Origin: a virus
IMG/VR virus record: IMGVR_UViG_3300025030_000050
Location: 1 to 64,000 of that record
Direction: 5' to 3' (one strand)
DNA length: 64,000 nucleotides
Part shown: positions 9,836-20,243 of the stretch, one piece after another
Layout of the letters: the number at the start of each line of letters is the position of its first letter
How positions within the stretch are numbered: position 1 is the stretch's first letter
Made by a program: the position numbers and the translations under genes
Notes under the pieces: model-generated
The model's input: the letters and a program-made list of their open reading frames with translations, nothing else
Database searches by the model: none
Told to the model about the DNA's origin: nothing

Positions 9836-10885
9836 TTGACCTTATTAACAATGAGAGCAAACATAGGAAGAGTTGGCATGGCGATAGAATCTATTAAATA
9901 TTTAGATTTTAGACAAACATTTGAAGAAGAAATTAAAATGATTACAAATACTATTCCCAGTCATTTTTATAAAACGCTTTGTTATGATTATGATACAACT
10001 ATATCTAGTTTGCCTAGTGTCCGTGATTCATGGTTTGAGAAAAATGGAGGGATTATGGAATTTCCGTATAAAGTTGGAGATTATGTGAAAATTATTGATA
10101 AAATAACTGAGTGGTCAAGTGGACCTGGTGGAATATTTCCCTGGGCCGATATTAAAGTTTTTGACATTATAAAAATTACGAAAATTGAAAAAGAAAATGG
10201 TTATTTTTCCTTTAATGGTGAATTTAGAGGCAAAAATTATGGGTTTGTATATAATAAAAGAACAAAAGATAAGTTCGAATTAGTTAAAACTTTAAAAGTT
10301 AAATGCATTAATAATGAAGGCGTTAAAGATTTGATTCAAATAGGTAAAATTTATGTGGTTAGCAGTCAGACAGAAAAATTTTATTATATAGGTGATGATT
10401 GTGAAGACCACACAGGATTTTATAAACACAGATTTGAAATTGTAGAAGAGGAGAAAGAAATGTTAGAATATGAAGCGGTAGGCCCATTTAATGCTGAAGA
10501 TTTGAGAAAATCAGGTGCCTGTGATGACGGGATTGAAGAATTTATTAAAATATTTGGGTTTACAAAGCCAGTGCCTGTAAATCCTGAATCGTTTGAGCAG
10601 ATGAGGATGATTAGTGATTGCATTCCTTTTTTAATTAGAAAATGTTTTATTAAAAAGAAAGAAGAAATTTTTTATAAAGTTGGTGATAAGTTCGAGTATA
10701 ATGGTAAATATCTTTTATCACAGGTTGGAAACAATTCTTGTTGTTTAATTGCTCTTGCTGGTTTTCATAGAGGAAATAGGTATAAAGAACCAGCTAATGT
10801 CAGAGATTGCGGAAAAATCACAATGGCAGAATTTTCAAAAATCGCTGGAGACTGTGTTGATAAATTTAAAAAGATTGATGATTAA
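9836..10885 (+). CDS. modular hypothetical protein
   Basis: 349-aa ORF with repeated (F/Y)KVGD and KVKCINN modules. Confidence 0.6.
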   Translation: MTLLTMRANIGRVGMAIESIKYLDFRQTFEEEIKMITNTIPSHFYKTLCYDYDTTISSLPSVRDSWFEKNGGIMEFPYKVGDYVKIIDKITEWSSGPGGIFPWADIKVFDIIKITKIEKENGYFSFNGEFRGKNYGFVYNKRTKDKFELVKTLKVKCINNEGVKDLIQIGKIYVVSSQTEKFYYIGDDCEDHTGFYKHRFEIVEEEKEMLEYEAVGPFNAEDLRKSGACDDGIEEFIKIFGFTKPVPVNPESFEQMRMISDCIPFLIRKCFIKKKEEIFYKVGDKFEYNGKYLLSQVGNNSCCLIALAGFHRGNRYKEPANVRDCGKITMAEFSKIAGDCVDKFKKIDD

Positions 10886-10888
10886 TTT

Positions 10889-12418
10889 ATGACAATTACG
10901 ATTTCACCAAGGAAAATTGGCCTTGATCAAGAAAAGAAAATTATCCAAAACCTGATAACAGATACGGGGTATTGCAAACAGATCATACCTTTACTTGAAA
11001 AAGAAACATTCGATACTCCTTATTGTCAGAAAATATTTATTTGGGTAAAGGAGTATTTTGGCAAATATCAAGCCTCTCCAAATAAAATTATTCAAGATAT
11101 TTATAATATAAAAAAAAATAAATTGTCCCCAGAAGAAGGAGAGTTAATCAAAGATTTTTTACAAATATTAAGTAATGACTTTGATGAAGCTGAAAATAAA
11201 AATACTAAATATTCTGTAGATTCTACAATCCCTTATATTTCTTCACAATCTTACTTAAAATTAAGTGAAAAAATTCAAGCAAATGCAAAGTTAGGAGAAC
11301 TAGAGGAATGTTCTAAACTTTTAAACAAACACAAAAATATTACTGCTTCAACTTCTGGGTGTGTGAATCCCAGCACTCCTGAATTTATTGAGCAAACATT
11401 TTTAACTAAAGAAAGTGATTTGCTTTTTGAAATTCCAGGTCCATTGAATGATTTGATCAAACCGGAAAGAGGGAGGCTTGTTGCTTTTATGGCTCCCCCA
11501 AAAACAGGGAAAACATGGCAATTACATACCATGGGTTTATTTGCTAGGATGAATAAACTAAAAGTGTTTGAAACAAATCTTGAAATGAGCGCGACTAAAA
11601 TTAATTATAGAGATCTTAAAATGATTTCTAATAAAGGAGAAGAGGCGAAAGAATATGTCTTCCCTGTTTTTGATTGCAAAAAGAATCAGTACTCTACTTG
11701 TGCAAAAGAAGAGAGAATAAATAAAATAACATTGGTTGACGGCAATGGGGAAATGCCAGAGTTTTATAATGCTCCGGCAGGGTATAAAGTTTGTACAAAA
11801 TGTAGAGGTGGTAGAGATTTTGAAATCTCTACCTGGTTTGAGTCAAAGTATAGAGAAAAATTAAATGTAAGCAATGCATTAAGAACAAGCAAGGCGTTTA
11901 GTTTAATGTATGGTAATGATAATTATAGGTTAAAATCATATCCTAAATTTGCAGCAAGTGTGAATGATATTATAAATGATTTGGATATTCTTGAATATAG
12001 TAGTGGTTTTGTCCCAGATGTTTTAATTGTTGATTATGCAGATATTTTAAAACCAATTAATTCACACCTTGAAAACAGACATCAACTTGATGAGACGTGG
12101 AAAACACTTGGGCGTATAGCAACTGAGAGGAATATCCTTGTTATTACGGCTTCGCAAACAAATAGAGTTGGTGCGGGCAAGAAAAATCTTAAAGGGACTG
12201 ATATTGCTGAAGCTTTTACCAAAACCGCCCATGTTGATACACTTATTATGATTCAACAAACTGCTGCTGAGAAAAGAAGAGGTATAACGAGAATGTCTGT
12301 GGGGTATAATAGAGATGGTGATTGTGATACGACAAAACAAGTGATGGTTTTACAAAATTTCGCACTTGGTCAAGCATTTCTTGATTCTGAAATAATGAAT
12401 GGGTATATTGAAGAATAA
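10889..12418 (+). CDS. DnaB-like (SF4) replicative helicase
   Basis: APPKTGKT, NLEMS, LIVDYAD, ITASQTNR motifs. Confidence 0.88.
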   Translation: MTITISPRKIGLDQEKKIIQNLITDTGYCKQIIPLLEKETFDTPYCQKIFIWVKEYFGKYQASPNKIIQDIYNIKKNKLSPEEGELIKDFLQILSNDFDEAENKNTKYSVDSTIPYISSQSYLKLSEKIQANAKLGELEECSKLLNKHKNITASTSGCVNPSTPEFIEQTFLTKESDLLFEIPGPLNDLIKPERGRLVAFMAPPKTGKTWQLHTMGLFARMNKLKVFETNLEMSATKINYRDLKMISNKGEEAKEYVFPVFDCKKNQYSTCAKEERINKITLVDGNGEMPEFYNAPAGYKVCTKCRGGRDFEISTWFESKYREKLNVSNALRTSKAFSLMYGNDNYRLKSYPKFAASVNDIINDLDILEYSSGFVPDVLIVDYADILKPINSHLENRHQLDETWKTLGRIATERNILVITASQTNRVGAGKKNLKGTDIAEAFTKTAHVDTLIMIQQTAAEKRRGITRMSVGYNRDGDCDTTKQVMVLQNFALGQAFLDSEIMNGYIEE

Positions 12419-12420
12419 CT

Positions 12421-13299
12421 ATGCCAAGAAAACCTAAAGATTTAAGTGAATTTATAGGGAAGAAGTTTAATTCTTTAACGATATTAAGTTCATATATTGA
12501 TGAAAATTATGCTAATAATCGTCAAATGTTTATTTGTGAATGTGATTGTAAGAACAAAACGATATCTAAAGTAAGGCCACAAGATTTAATAAATGGGAAA
12601 ATTAAATCTTGTGGGTGTTTGGCTAATAAAAATAGAGAAAGTTATATTGGCAAAAAATTTGGACGATTAGTTATTGAAGAACAAATAAAAGGACAATATT
12701 TCTTGACGAAGTGTGATTGTGGGAATACTAAAATATTTTGTTTAGATTCTTTGAGATATGGTAATGTAAAATCTTGTGGTTGTTCCAGGGGAACACACAA
12801 ACTTTCTTCTCATAAATTATATGGAGTTTGGAAAGGAATTAAAGAAAGATGTTATTATGACAAAAATATAAATTATGTAAATTATGGTGAAAGAGGAATT
12901 AGGGTTTGTGAAGAATGGCATGATTTTCAATGTTTTTACAATTGGTGTATTGATAATGGATGGGAAGAAGGGCTACAAATAGATAGAGAAAATAATGACG
13001 GGAATTATGAACCATTGAATTGTAGATTTATAACTCATATGGAAAACCAGTGGAATACTAAATTATTGAGAAAGAATAATAAAACTGGTTATAGGGGAGT
13101 TTTTCAAAATACTGCTATGATTTTTAATTATTTGGCTTATGTTTCATTTAAAGGTAAAAGATATGATATTGGGTATTATGAAAATCCTATTATAGCGGCA
13201 ATATCACGGGACTTGTTTTGTATTAAAAATGATATTACTTTGCCATTAAATTTTAATTGGTATGATGTAAAAATAAGAGATGGTTGGATTTATTTTTAA
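12421..13299 (+). mobile_element. free-standing HNH homing endonuclease with AP2-like C-terminus
   Basis: CECDC/KSCGC repeats, YGERGIRVCEEW, IDRENNDGNYEPLNCRF, NKTGYRGV. Confidence 0.85.
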
Positions 13300-13527
13300 A
13301 GGTCAGAATATGAAGAAGAAAATTGAAGAATATGAAAAGTTTATTCCCCATTTTTGCAGCTTTGATCATGAAAAAGAAAGCTGTTCTTTAATTTTGTATG
13401 GCTATACTGAAAATAGAATTGGATGTTGCCGAACCTGTAGTTTTTCTATTATGTCTAAGAGGAAAGTCAAGTTTTTAAATACTTCTCCGTTGTTAAGCAG
13501 AAAAATTGAATATCGTTGGTAAAATTC

Positions 13528-13556
13528 TTGACTTTATCTTATTAAAATGTTATAAA
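13528..13556 (+). promoter_or_regulatory. sigma70-type promoter
   Basis: TTGACT-17nt-TATAAA with TG extension. Confidence 0.7.
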
Positions 13557-13572
13557 GGCATAAAGGGACAGG

Positions 13573-13657
13573 AAGGATTGATATTGTAAAACATGGACGT
13601 GGTATTATGTCGCGCAACGGCTATGCTTCATCAAGCTGCCATGTTATATCAATCCTT
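13573..13657 (+). ncRNA. long irregular hairpin RNA / structured leader of unknown class
   Basis: AAGGATTGATAT/ATATCAATCCTT (12 bp) plus AACATGG/CCATGTT, directly after the promoter. Confidence 0.55.
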
Positions 13658-13685
13658 TTATCTACAAAATGAAAGGAGATGGATT

Positions 13686-13889
13686 GTGAAAAAATATCAA
13701 TGTTTACCTCACCGTGATAAGAAAACATTAACTGTAAATGGTCTTATTTCATTTTTAAATACTATTAAAGATAAAGAAATTCCTGTAGTAGTCGAATGGG
13801 AAGGAGTAGCTTCAGGCATTATTATAGAACAAATTTCTTATATTTCTATAAACGGAGTAAAAACTTTATCAATCGGTGTCGAAGCATAG
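13686..13889 (+). CDS. hypothetical protein
   Basis: AAGGAG RBS before GTG 13686; the tracked start at 13593 runs through the hairpin. Confidence 0.55.
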   Translation: MKKYQCLPHRDKKTLTVNGLISFLNTIKDKEIPVVVEWEGVASGIIIEQISYISINGVKTLSIGVEA

Positions 13890-14159
13890 GACAAAATAAT
13901 TATGTGCGAAATTTGTAAAGATGTTTATGGGTATGGGCCTGCGGACATTGACGAATTGAGGATTAAATTTGAATGGTGGTTGGTGGCGCACCCTAGAATA
14001 AAATTAGACATACTTGCGCGATGCGCGATCGCTCCAGGTATCCTTCGGGATTACCGGGACCAAGAAACTGAATTGCAGTGGCGAGCGTATGTTGCTGGAT
14101 ATATGTCTAGCTAACGTCAAAACTCAGATAAACAGAACCACGCCATTTTATAAAACGGA

Positions 14160-14747
14160 ATGGGGACAAAAATTATGAAAATATTAGACGCAATTAAAAA
14201 TGTAGATAAATCATATAACAATGAAACAGAAGCCGATTTTTCAGATTTTTGTCGAGAGTTAGGCATTGTAGATGGAATTGGTTATTATACAGAATTTGCA
14301 GAAAGAGTGAGGGGTTATTATTTAATTAAGTGGATTTGTACTGACACATGGGTGGGAACAATTGTTTATTTTCTTGACAACGAACCAATTGCTGTTTCTA
14401 CTCAAAATGCAAGAAAGTCCGATACTAATTATGCGTTTGTCAGTAAAGAAGCGGCTAATAAAATGAGAGATTTTATTTTATCCATTATTGATAAAGAAGA
14501 AAATGAAGTAGGAGTATTAGACCCAGAAATTGAGATTGACGATTTTTATTATGTATGTTATAGTTCTCAATTATTGGTAAATGAAGGTTATGTTGAAGGC
14601 AGACATTGCGAAGTTGTGGATAAATTTAAATATGGTTATATTAGTAAACAAGTAAAAGTCGTTTTTGATGATGGAGAAGAAAGAATTGTTCCTGTTAATC
14701 TATTTAAAATTCCATTGCATTTAAGAAAAGAAAATGTTTCCGAATAG
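14160..14747 (+). CDS. hypothetical phage protein
   Basis: 195-aa ORF, W.CTDTWVG motif. Confidence 0.6.
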   Translation: MGTKIMKILDAIKNVDKSYNNETEADFSDFCRELGIVDGIGYYTEFAERVRGYYLIKWICTDTWVGTIVYFLDNEPIAVSTQNARKSDTNYAFVSKEAANKMRDFILSIIDKEENEVGVLDPEIEIDDFYYVCYSSQLLVNEGYVEGRHCEVVDKFKYGYISKQVKVVFDDGEERIVPVNLFKIPLHLRKENVSE

Positions 14748-15123
14748 AATAAATAAATTGATAGATCAGGCAATTGAATTGGCTAAAACAAATCCGGCAA
14801 AATTCAGGCTTGCTTGTATTGCTTCTAATAAAAGAGGGCAAGTTATATCGTCTGGCATTAATTCAAAACATACTCATCCAGTTCAAGCTAAATTAGCTAT
14901 TAGAAAAGGGCACAAGGACCAAATAGGACTGCATTCAGAAATAGCAACCATAGTTAAGGCACGCAAGCCAATTCATTTCTTAATTATTGTTAGACTGCTT
15001 CATAATGACGAATTGTCTATGGCTAAACCATGTGCAATATGTAGAGAAGCAATTAGATTAGCTGAAATTAAAACAATTATTTATTCAACAGATACAGGCT
15101 TTGTTTTGGAGAAACTGAGATGA
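14734..15123 (+). CDS. zinc-dependent cytidine/adenosine deaminase-fold protein
   Basis: HSE...KPCAIC zinc motif. Confidence 0.8.
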   Translation: MFPNRINKLIDQAIELAKTNPAKFRLACIASNKRGQVISSGINSKHTHPVQAKLAIRKGHKDQIGLHSEIATIVKARKPIHFLIIVRLLHNDELSMAKPCAICREAIRLAEIKTIIYSTDTGFVLEKLR

Positions 15124-15404
15124 AAGATACTTTCGTGTTAAATGACCTAAATGACCAGCCACGAAAAATGAGCTGTAAAAATATTATTAAGAAAAATTAT
15201 TCTACTTTAGACAAAATCTGTGATTGTGGGTGGGGTAGAGCTGATGAAGAGAATATCTTGAATTTAAGCCGGTTTTTGCCGTCTAATCTAATTTGTCCTG
15301 TTTGTAAAGAAAAGACTTATTTTTTAGCGCCATTACTAATGTGTGCTGTTACAAATAAACTATGTATTGAATATGATTGTGAATTATATTTATAAAGGCT
15401 GAAT

Positions 15405-15782
15405 ATGAAAATAGAAATGACTGATGAACAAGCTAAGGCTTTATCAAATGCATCTGAAACAATTTCAAGGCTGTTAATGGGGCAGTTTAATGAAATAAAA
15501 TATATGTTTTTACATAAAGATATTGATTTTGGCGAGCTTGATGTAGTTTTGCTTAGATTAGAGAAAGTTATTTTTCCTAATGGTAGGATAGTTGCTGATA
15601 GAGAATATTCATCAATTTTGTGGGATATTTATCAAGTTTTGCGCTGGCATCTGGCGTATAAAAGAGATAAAGACCCGACAATGACGAGAGATTGGAAAAC
15701 TCAAATAACAGTAGATTATGACGAGCCACGAAAAATGAGCAAAGAACCATTTATTAAAATAGAGGATAATTATGACGTATAA
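15405..15782 (+). CDS. hypothetical protein
   Basis: 125-aa ORF overlapping the ligase start. Confidence 0.55.
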   Translation: MKIEMTDEQAKALSNASETISRLLMGQFNEIKYMFLHKDIDFGELDVVLLRLEKVIFPNGRIVADREYSSILWDIYQVLRWHLAYKRDKDPTMTRDWKTQITVDYDEPRKMSKEPFIKIEDNYDV

Positions 15783-17106
15783 TGCAATTATATGTGAAGT
15801 AAATGAGGTAAAACCTCATCCAAATGCAGATAGAATTAAATTAGCTAATATCATAGGATATCAAGTTATAGTTGGTCTAAATGTTAAAGAACATGATATC
15901 GGCATTCTATTTCCAGATGATGGACAACTATCACCAGAATATTGCCAAGCCAATGATTTAATTGCATATGAAGATGAAGACGGCAATAAGAAAGGTGGTT
16001 ATTTTGACAACAATAGGAGAGTCAGGGCTCAAAAATTTAGAGGAGAAAAATCTGAAGCTTATTTCGCACCTTTAGATTCTCTTTCTTTCACTGGATACGA
16101 TATTTCAAAATTAAAAGTTGGTGACAGATTTAGTGAATTAAATAATATCAGTATTTGTAATAAATACATTAATGAAAAAACCAGGCATGTGGCCCAAAGC
16201 AATAAAAAGAAAACAGTTAAAGAAAAGCTGTTTACAAAGCAATTTAATGCGCATTTAAAAAATATATTTCCCGAACATTTTGAAACATCACAATTTAAAC
16301 AATGCTCTGACAAAATATTGCCAGGTTCTTTAATTACGCTAACGTCTAAAAATCACGGCACGTCTGGGCGAGTATCGTATTTGCCAGTAATTCAAAAGAA
16401 AAAGTGGCATGAACGAGTATTTGACTTTATCACAAAAAATAAAGACTATAAAACAGCTTATGATTATGTCCATGGCTCAAGGCGAGTTATTTTAACTAAA
16501 GATGGCTGTGATGGATTTTATCACAACACAGATTTTAGACATTATGTTTTAGAAAGATTTAAAGGTAAATTAAATAAAAACGAAATTGTTTATTTTGAAA
16601 TTTGTGGATTTTGTGCTAGCGACAGACCCATTATGTCAGTTGTAGATACTAGCAAGTTAAAGGACAAGGAATTTACAAAAAGATTTGGCAAAACAATGGT
16701 TTATAAATATGGGTGCATAAACGGGACTTGTGATATTTATGTGTATAGGATGGCTGTTATTAACCCAGATGGTGTGATTGAGGAAATGCCATGGAATAGG
16801 GTAAAACAAAGGTGTAGTGAGATGGGGATTAAGCACGTTGTTGAAATTGACCAGTTTATTTTGGATGATAAAACTGATTTAAGATCTATTGTTAAATATC
16901 ACGTAGAAGAAGTTGATATTGCCGATCCTATTGACGACTCACATATAAAAGAAGGTATTTGTATTAGAGTTGATGATAAAAATGGTAGGACAAAAATATA
17001 CAAGGAAAAGACCTTTATATTCAAAGTATTAGAAGGTATTGCAAAAGATAGCGATGTAGAAGATATGGAGGAAGTTGAGAGTTTGTTGGAGAATAGTACT
17101 GAATGA
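15772..17106 (+). CDS. RNA ligase (Rnl2/DRB0094-like) with N-terminal tRNA-binding OB fold
   Basis: VKPHPNADRIKL N-terminus, motif I SKNHGTS, YFEICG, KEGICIR, YKEK. Confidence 0.85.
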   Translation: MTYNAIICEVNEVKPHPNADRIKLANIIGYQVIVGLNVKEHDIGILFPDDGQLSPEYCQANDLIAYEDEDGNKKGGYFDNNRRVRAQKFRGEKSEAYFAPLDSLSFTGYDISKLKVGDRFSELNNISICNKYINEKTRHVAQSNKKKTVKEKLFTKQFNAHLKNIFPEHFETSQFKQCSDKILPGSLITLTSKNHGTSGRVSYLPVIQKKKWHERVFDFITKNKDYKTAYDYVHGSRRVILTKDGCDGFYHNTDFRHYVLERFKGKLNKNEIVYFEICGFCASDRPIMSVVDTSKLKDKEFTKRFGKTMVYKYGCINGTCDIYVYRMAVINPDGVIEEMPWNRVKQRCSEMGIKHVVEIDQFILDDKTDLRSIVKYHVEEVDIADPIDDSHIKEGICIRVDDKNGRTKIYKEKTFIFKVLEGIAKDSDVEDMEEVESLLENSTE

Positions 17107-17341
17107 CGACACAAAATTGTATAAGTTATAGAAATGGGAAATGTACTCATCAAGCCGCTCCTCGCCGTTTATTTGGTATGGCAGAATGTATCCTTGACTT
17201 AGAATGGCAAGATGCTAGAATACCAAGTGGATGTAATTTGCAGACTCCATTCCCAAAACCGACCGGGCCTCCTAGTCGTTCTCCCAAGAGCTGGTGAGAA
17301 TAATTCAAATATGAATAATTAACGGCTTTAAAGAATCGTAT

Positions 17342-18223
17342 ATGATAGATTTACCTAAATATTTTTTTGATAGAAACATAGAAACAAAAAAGACAGGTAA
17401 AAATATAGGTAAATATATAGGAATTAACACCTGTCTTTTTTGTGGTATTGGAGGATATCATCTGGGAATTTCTCAAAAAACAGGTCATGTCTCTTGTTGG
17501 GCTTGTGGCTCACATAGCCTTAATGAATTAATTTATAAGATTGAAAAATCATGGTATAAGGTAAACAAAGTTTTAGCAGAATATGTGCTTGATGCAGATA
17601 AACTAATTTTTGAAGATGAAGAGAAAATTGTTGTTAAAAACTATAAATTACCAATTGAGTTTGTAGAAAAATTTGATGAACCATATAAATTATACATCAA
17701 AAATAGAGGATTTGATTTTTTAGAATTAAGAAAAAAATATAATATCTTATGTTGCAATAGTGGGAGAGCAAGGTATCGAATTGTATTCCCTGTTTTTGAA
17801 AATAATGTTGTCGTTAATTGGGTTGCAAGAACAATCCTTGCTAATGATAAATCCATGCCTTATATGTTTGAGAAAGATAGCAATAATCCAATTGTTACTA
17901 GAAAAGAACTGTTATATGGATTAGATGATTGTGATGGCAATACTGTAATACTTACAGAAGGGGTTTTTGATAAAGTAAATATTGGCACAAACTGTATTGC
18001 AATGCTCAGTATTATTTTTAGCAAAGAACAAATACTGAAATTGAGACGGTTTAAAAACTTCTTTATTGCCTTTGATAATGAAGAAAAAGCCCAAAAAAGA
18101 GCGAAAGTTTTAGAATCTTACCTGACTTGGGCAGATAATATAAACTATATTAATTTTGATAAGAAAGACCTGGCCTTATTTGATAAAAAAGAAGTTTTGG
18201 AATTGAGAAGACTATGCTTTTAG
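17342..18223 (+). CDS. DNA primase (Zn finger + TOPRIM)
   Basis: CLFC...CWAC, RIVFPV, TEGVFD, AFDNE. Confidence 0.85.
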   Translation: MIDLPKYFFDRNIETKKTGKNIGKYIGINTCLFCGIGGYHLGISQKTGHVSCWACGSHSLNELIYKIEKSWYKVNKVLAEYVLDADKLIFEDEEKIVVKNYKLPIEFVEKFDEPYKLYIKNRGFDFLELRKKYNILCCNSGRARYRIVFPVFENNVVVNWVARTILANDKSMPYMFEKDSNNPIVTRKELLYGLDDCDGNTVILTEGVFDKVNIGTNCIAMLSIIFSKEQILKLRRFKNFFIAFDNEEKAQKRAKVLESYLTWADNINYINFDKKDLALFDKKEVLELRRLCF

Positions 18224-18224
18224 C

Positions 18225-18253
18225 TTGACAAAACCTGTGTTTTTATGTATAGT
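18225..18253 (+). promoter_or_regulatory. sigma70-type promoter
   Basis: TTGACA-17nt-TATAGT. Confidence 0.8.
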
Positions 18254-18298
18254 ATTTTGAAAGAGACAATGAATTAATAAAAATTGAGGTGATAATAA

Positions 18299-18598
18299 AT
18301 GAAACTGACCGTCGAGATAGATGATGCTTTACAGCATGCCGTGAATACCCAAATAGCAAAGGCTATCGCCACAATAGGCGAAAATACAATCAAAGTAAAA
18401 GTTGATGAGATCATTGGAAAGAAAGTCGCCCGGCTTGATGTCACAGTCATTGTGGAAAAATTGGTCACAAAAAGACTTAATCAGAAGATTGATGAGCAAA
18501 TTAATGCATTATTTGATAGCAATCCATATGCCACAAAAATAGATCAGTTAAGAAAATTCTTTCTTGATGCTGCAACCAAACTGCTTAAATCGATTTAA
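18299..18598 (+). CDS. hypothetical protein
   Basis: GAGGTG RBS; first gene after the promoter. Confidence 0.6.
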   Translation: MKLTVEIDDALQHAVNTQIAKAIATIGENTIKVKVDEIIGKKVARLDVTVIVEKLVTKRLNQKIDEQINALFDSNPYATKIDQLRKFFLDAATKLLKSI

Positions 18599-19373
18599 TA
18601 ATTATCCCATTAAGGAATTGCTCATGTCCAGTAAAAATATGCTTAGATTTAAAACAAGAAATAATTATGCTGGTCCAGGATTTTATGTAGTTGATACTAA
18701 AACAGGACGTGAAATAGCGTGGGTTTATGATCAGGTTAAGGGTTGGGAACATCCAGAAATTGATAAGCTTAGAGCAGAACTATTTAGTGAAGCCCTTAAC
18801 CAATTGGAATCTAAAAAAATAAAGTCTAAAGGGATTTAAAATGTTAGAACCGTTTAGTGTTATAACCATATTTTTATTTTATATTTGGATGCTTATCGGG
18901 GAAAATAGCCGATATCTATATCATAATTCTGAATTTAAGGGGGATTTACACCCTACGATGTTTAGACTTATGACGCTTGTAATCATTTTTGGTGTATGGA
19001 TAGTCTTATGTGCGGTAATGCAAAATACAAAATAATGACAATAAAAGAGGGAGATAATGACAAAAATTTTTAATTTAGGTATTTTAATTTGTGCTTTGTG
19101 GGGAGTAAAAACTTTTATATTGCTTCCAATGAATATTAAAGTTGGAATAACGAGTGAGGGGTTAATTACGGCTATTATTTGTTCTGCTATCGCCTTGATT
19201 ATTACTTTTATGTATGTTAAATAAGGGGAAAAGATGAAAATTAAAGATATTATTAAAATTATTATTGCTTTGTGGATTATTAAAAAATTTGTATTGGGTG
19301 ACGCTCTTTTTGAAAAAGGGAAAGAAAAGCTCACTTCAAAAATTGAAGATTTATTTACATAAAGTTTATAGTT

Positions 19374-19460
19374 TCACTTGCGGCGACGGCAAAATGATGC
19401 CGGTTACTTAGCCTAATCAACTAATAGCGAAAGGTTGATCACCTATATTGCCGCAGGTGA
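19374..19460 (+). ncRNA. multi-branched structured RNA of unknown class
   Basis: 13-bp closing stem with 2 G-U pairs enclosing CGGCA/TGCCG and ATCAACT/GGTTGAT hairpins; T-run follows. Confidence 0.6.
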
Positions 19461-19476
19461 TTTTTAAAGGCAAATT

Positions 19477-19596
19477 ATGAAAATTATCAATACAGAAAAA
19501 ATTCCGATTAAGATGTGGCTAAATGAAATTGAAGACGGCGCACTTGAACAAGCTAAAAATCTAGCCAACCTTCCATTTGCTTGTATAATCAGTTGA
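19477..19596 (+). pseudogene. rtcB: RtcB RNA ligase N-terminal remnant
   Basis: MKIINTEKIPIKMWLNEIEDGALEQAKNLANLPFA matches the bacterial RtcB N-terminus as I recall it; stops before the MPDxH motif. Confidence 0.7.
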
Positions 19597-19822
19597 GATT
19601 GATAGAATAGAGACGGGAGCAATGAAATATTTATTGAATATTATTTTTTCTGTATTGGCAATTATATTTACATGCTTTATATTTTGGGCATCTGGATATG
19701 ATTTTAATCATCGTGGATTTGAGGCTGTTTATTGTATTGTTTGTAATTTTTTGATGGTAGCGATTGCAAATGGGTTAGCACAAATTTTTAAAGTTAAGCC
19801 ATAAAATAATTGTAAAGTAAAT

Positions 19823-19898
19823 GCTCAGTTAGTTCAATTGGTAGAGCCACCGGCCCATAACCGGTAAGTTGGGGGTTCGAGTCCCTTTCTGCTCACCA
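19823..19898 (+). tRNA. tRNA-Met/Ile2(CAT)-like, acceptor stem defective
   Basis: 76 nt, D arm, ACCGG-CCCATAA-CCGGT, GGGGG-TTCGAGT-CCCTT, encoded CCA; only 4/7 acceptor pairs. Confidence 0.7.
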
Positions 19899-19917
19899 AT
19901 TTTTAAAAGGATAAGTT

Positions 19918-20238
19918 ATGGAAACACAAGGAACAGTAGAGATTATTAAAAAGATGTGCGCTACTCTTAGAAGTTTTGCCATGGATTGGGAAAGAATTGC
20001 AAAGAGAATGGAAGAAACTTGGGATCTTTCATATGCTGGTGAAATTTGTAATGGGGTTGTGGGTTTAATGCAAAATTTAAGACTTGATTTAATTATTACT
20101 AGACCAATTAGAGAATATGAAAGAGAAAAGGATGAACATTTATTCCTATTAAAACAAGTCTTGTTTTTATTGCCACAAAACAGAGATTGGCTGGACCCTG
20201 ATATTGAAAAACAAATTAAAGAAGTTGTAAAAGGATAA
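19918..20238 (+). CDS. hypothetical protein
   Basis: AAGGA RBS, 106 aa. Confidence 0.6.
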   Translation: METQGTVEIIKKMCATLRSFAMDWERIAKRMEETWDLSYAGEICNGVVGLMQNLRLDLIITRPIREYEREKDEHLFLLKQVLFLLPQNRDWLDPDIEKQIKEVVKG

Positions 20239-20243
20239 ATAAA

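Noticed and set aside
11650-11850. Intein in the helicase
   Set aside because: About 60 aa, with no terminal HN followed by C/S/T.
13902-14130. Integron cassette origin for a GC-richer ORF ending GCTAAC
   Set aside because: No complementary GTTRRRY arm or attC hairpin is visible downstream.
19398-19415. Twister or pistol ribozyme (GCCGGTTACTTAGCC resembles twister P4)
   Set aside because: Loop length differs and the other conserved elements and pseudoknots could not be placed.
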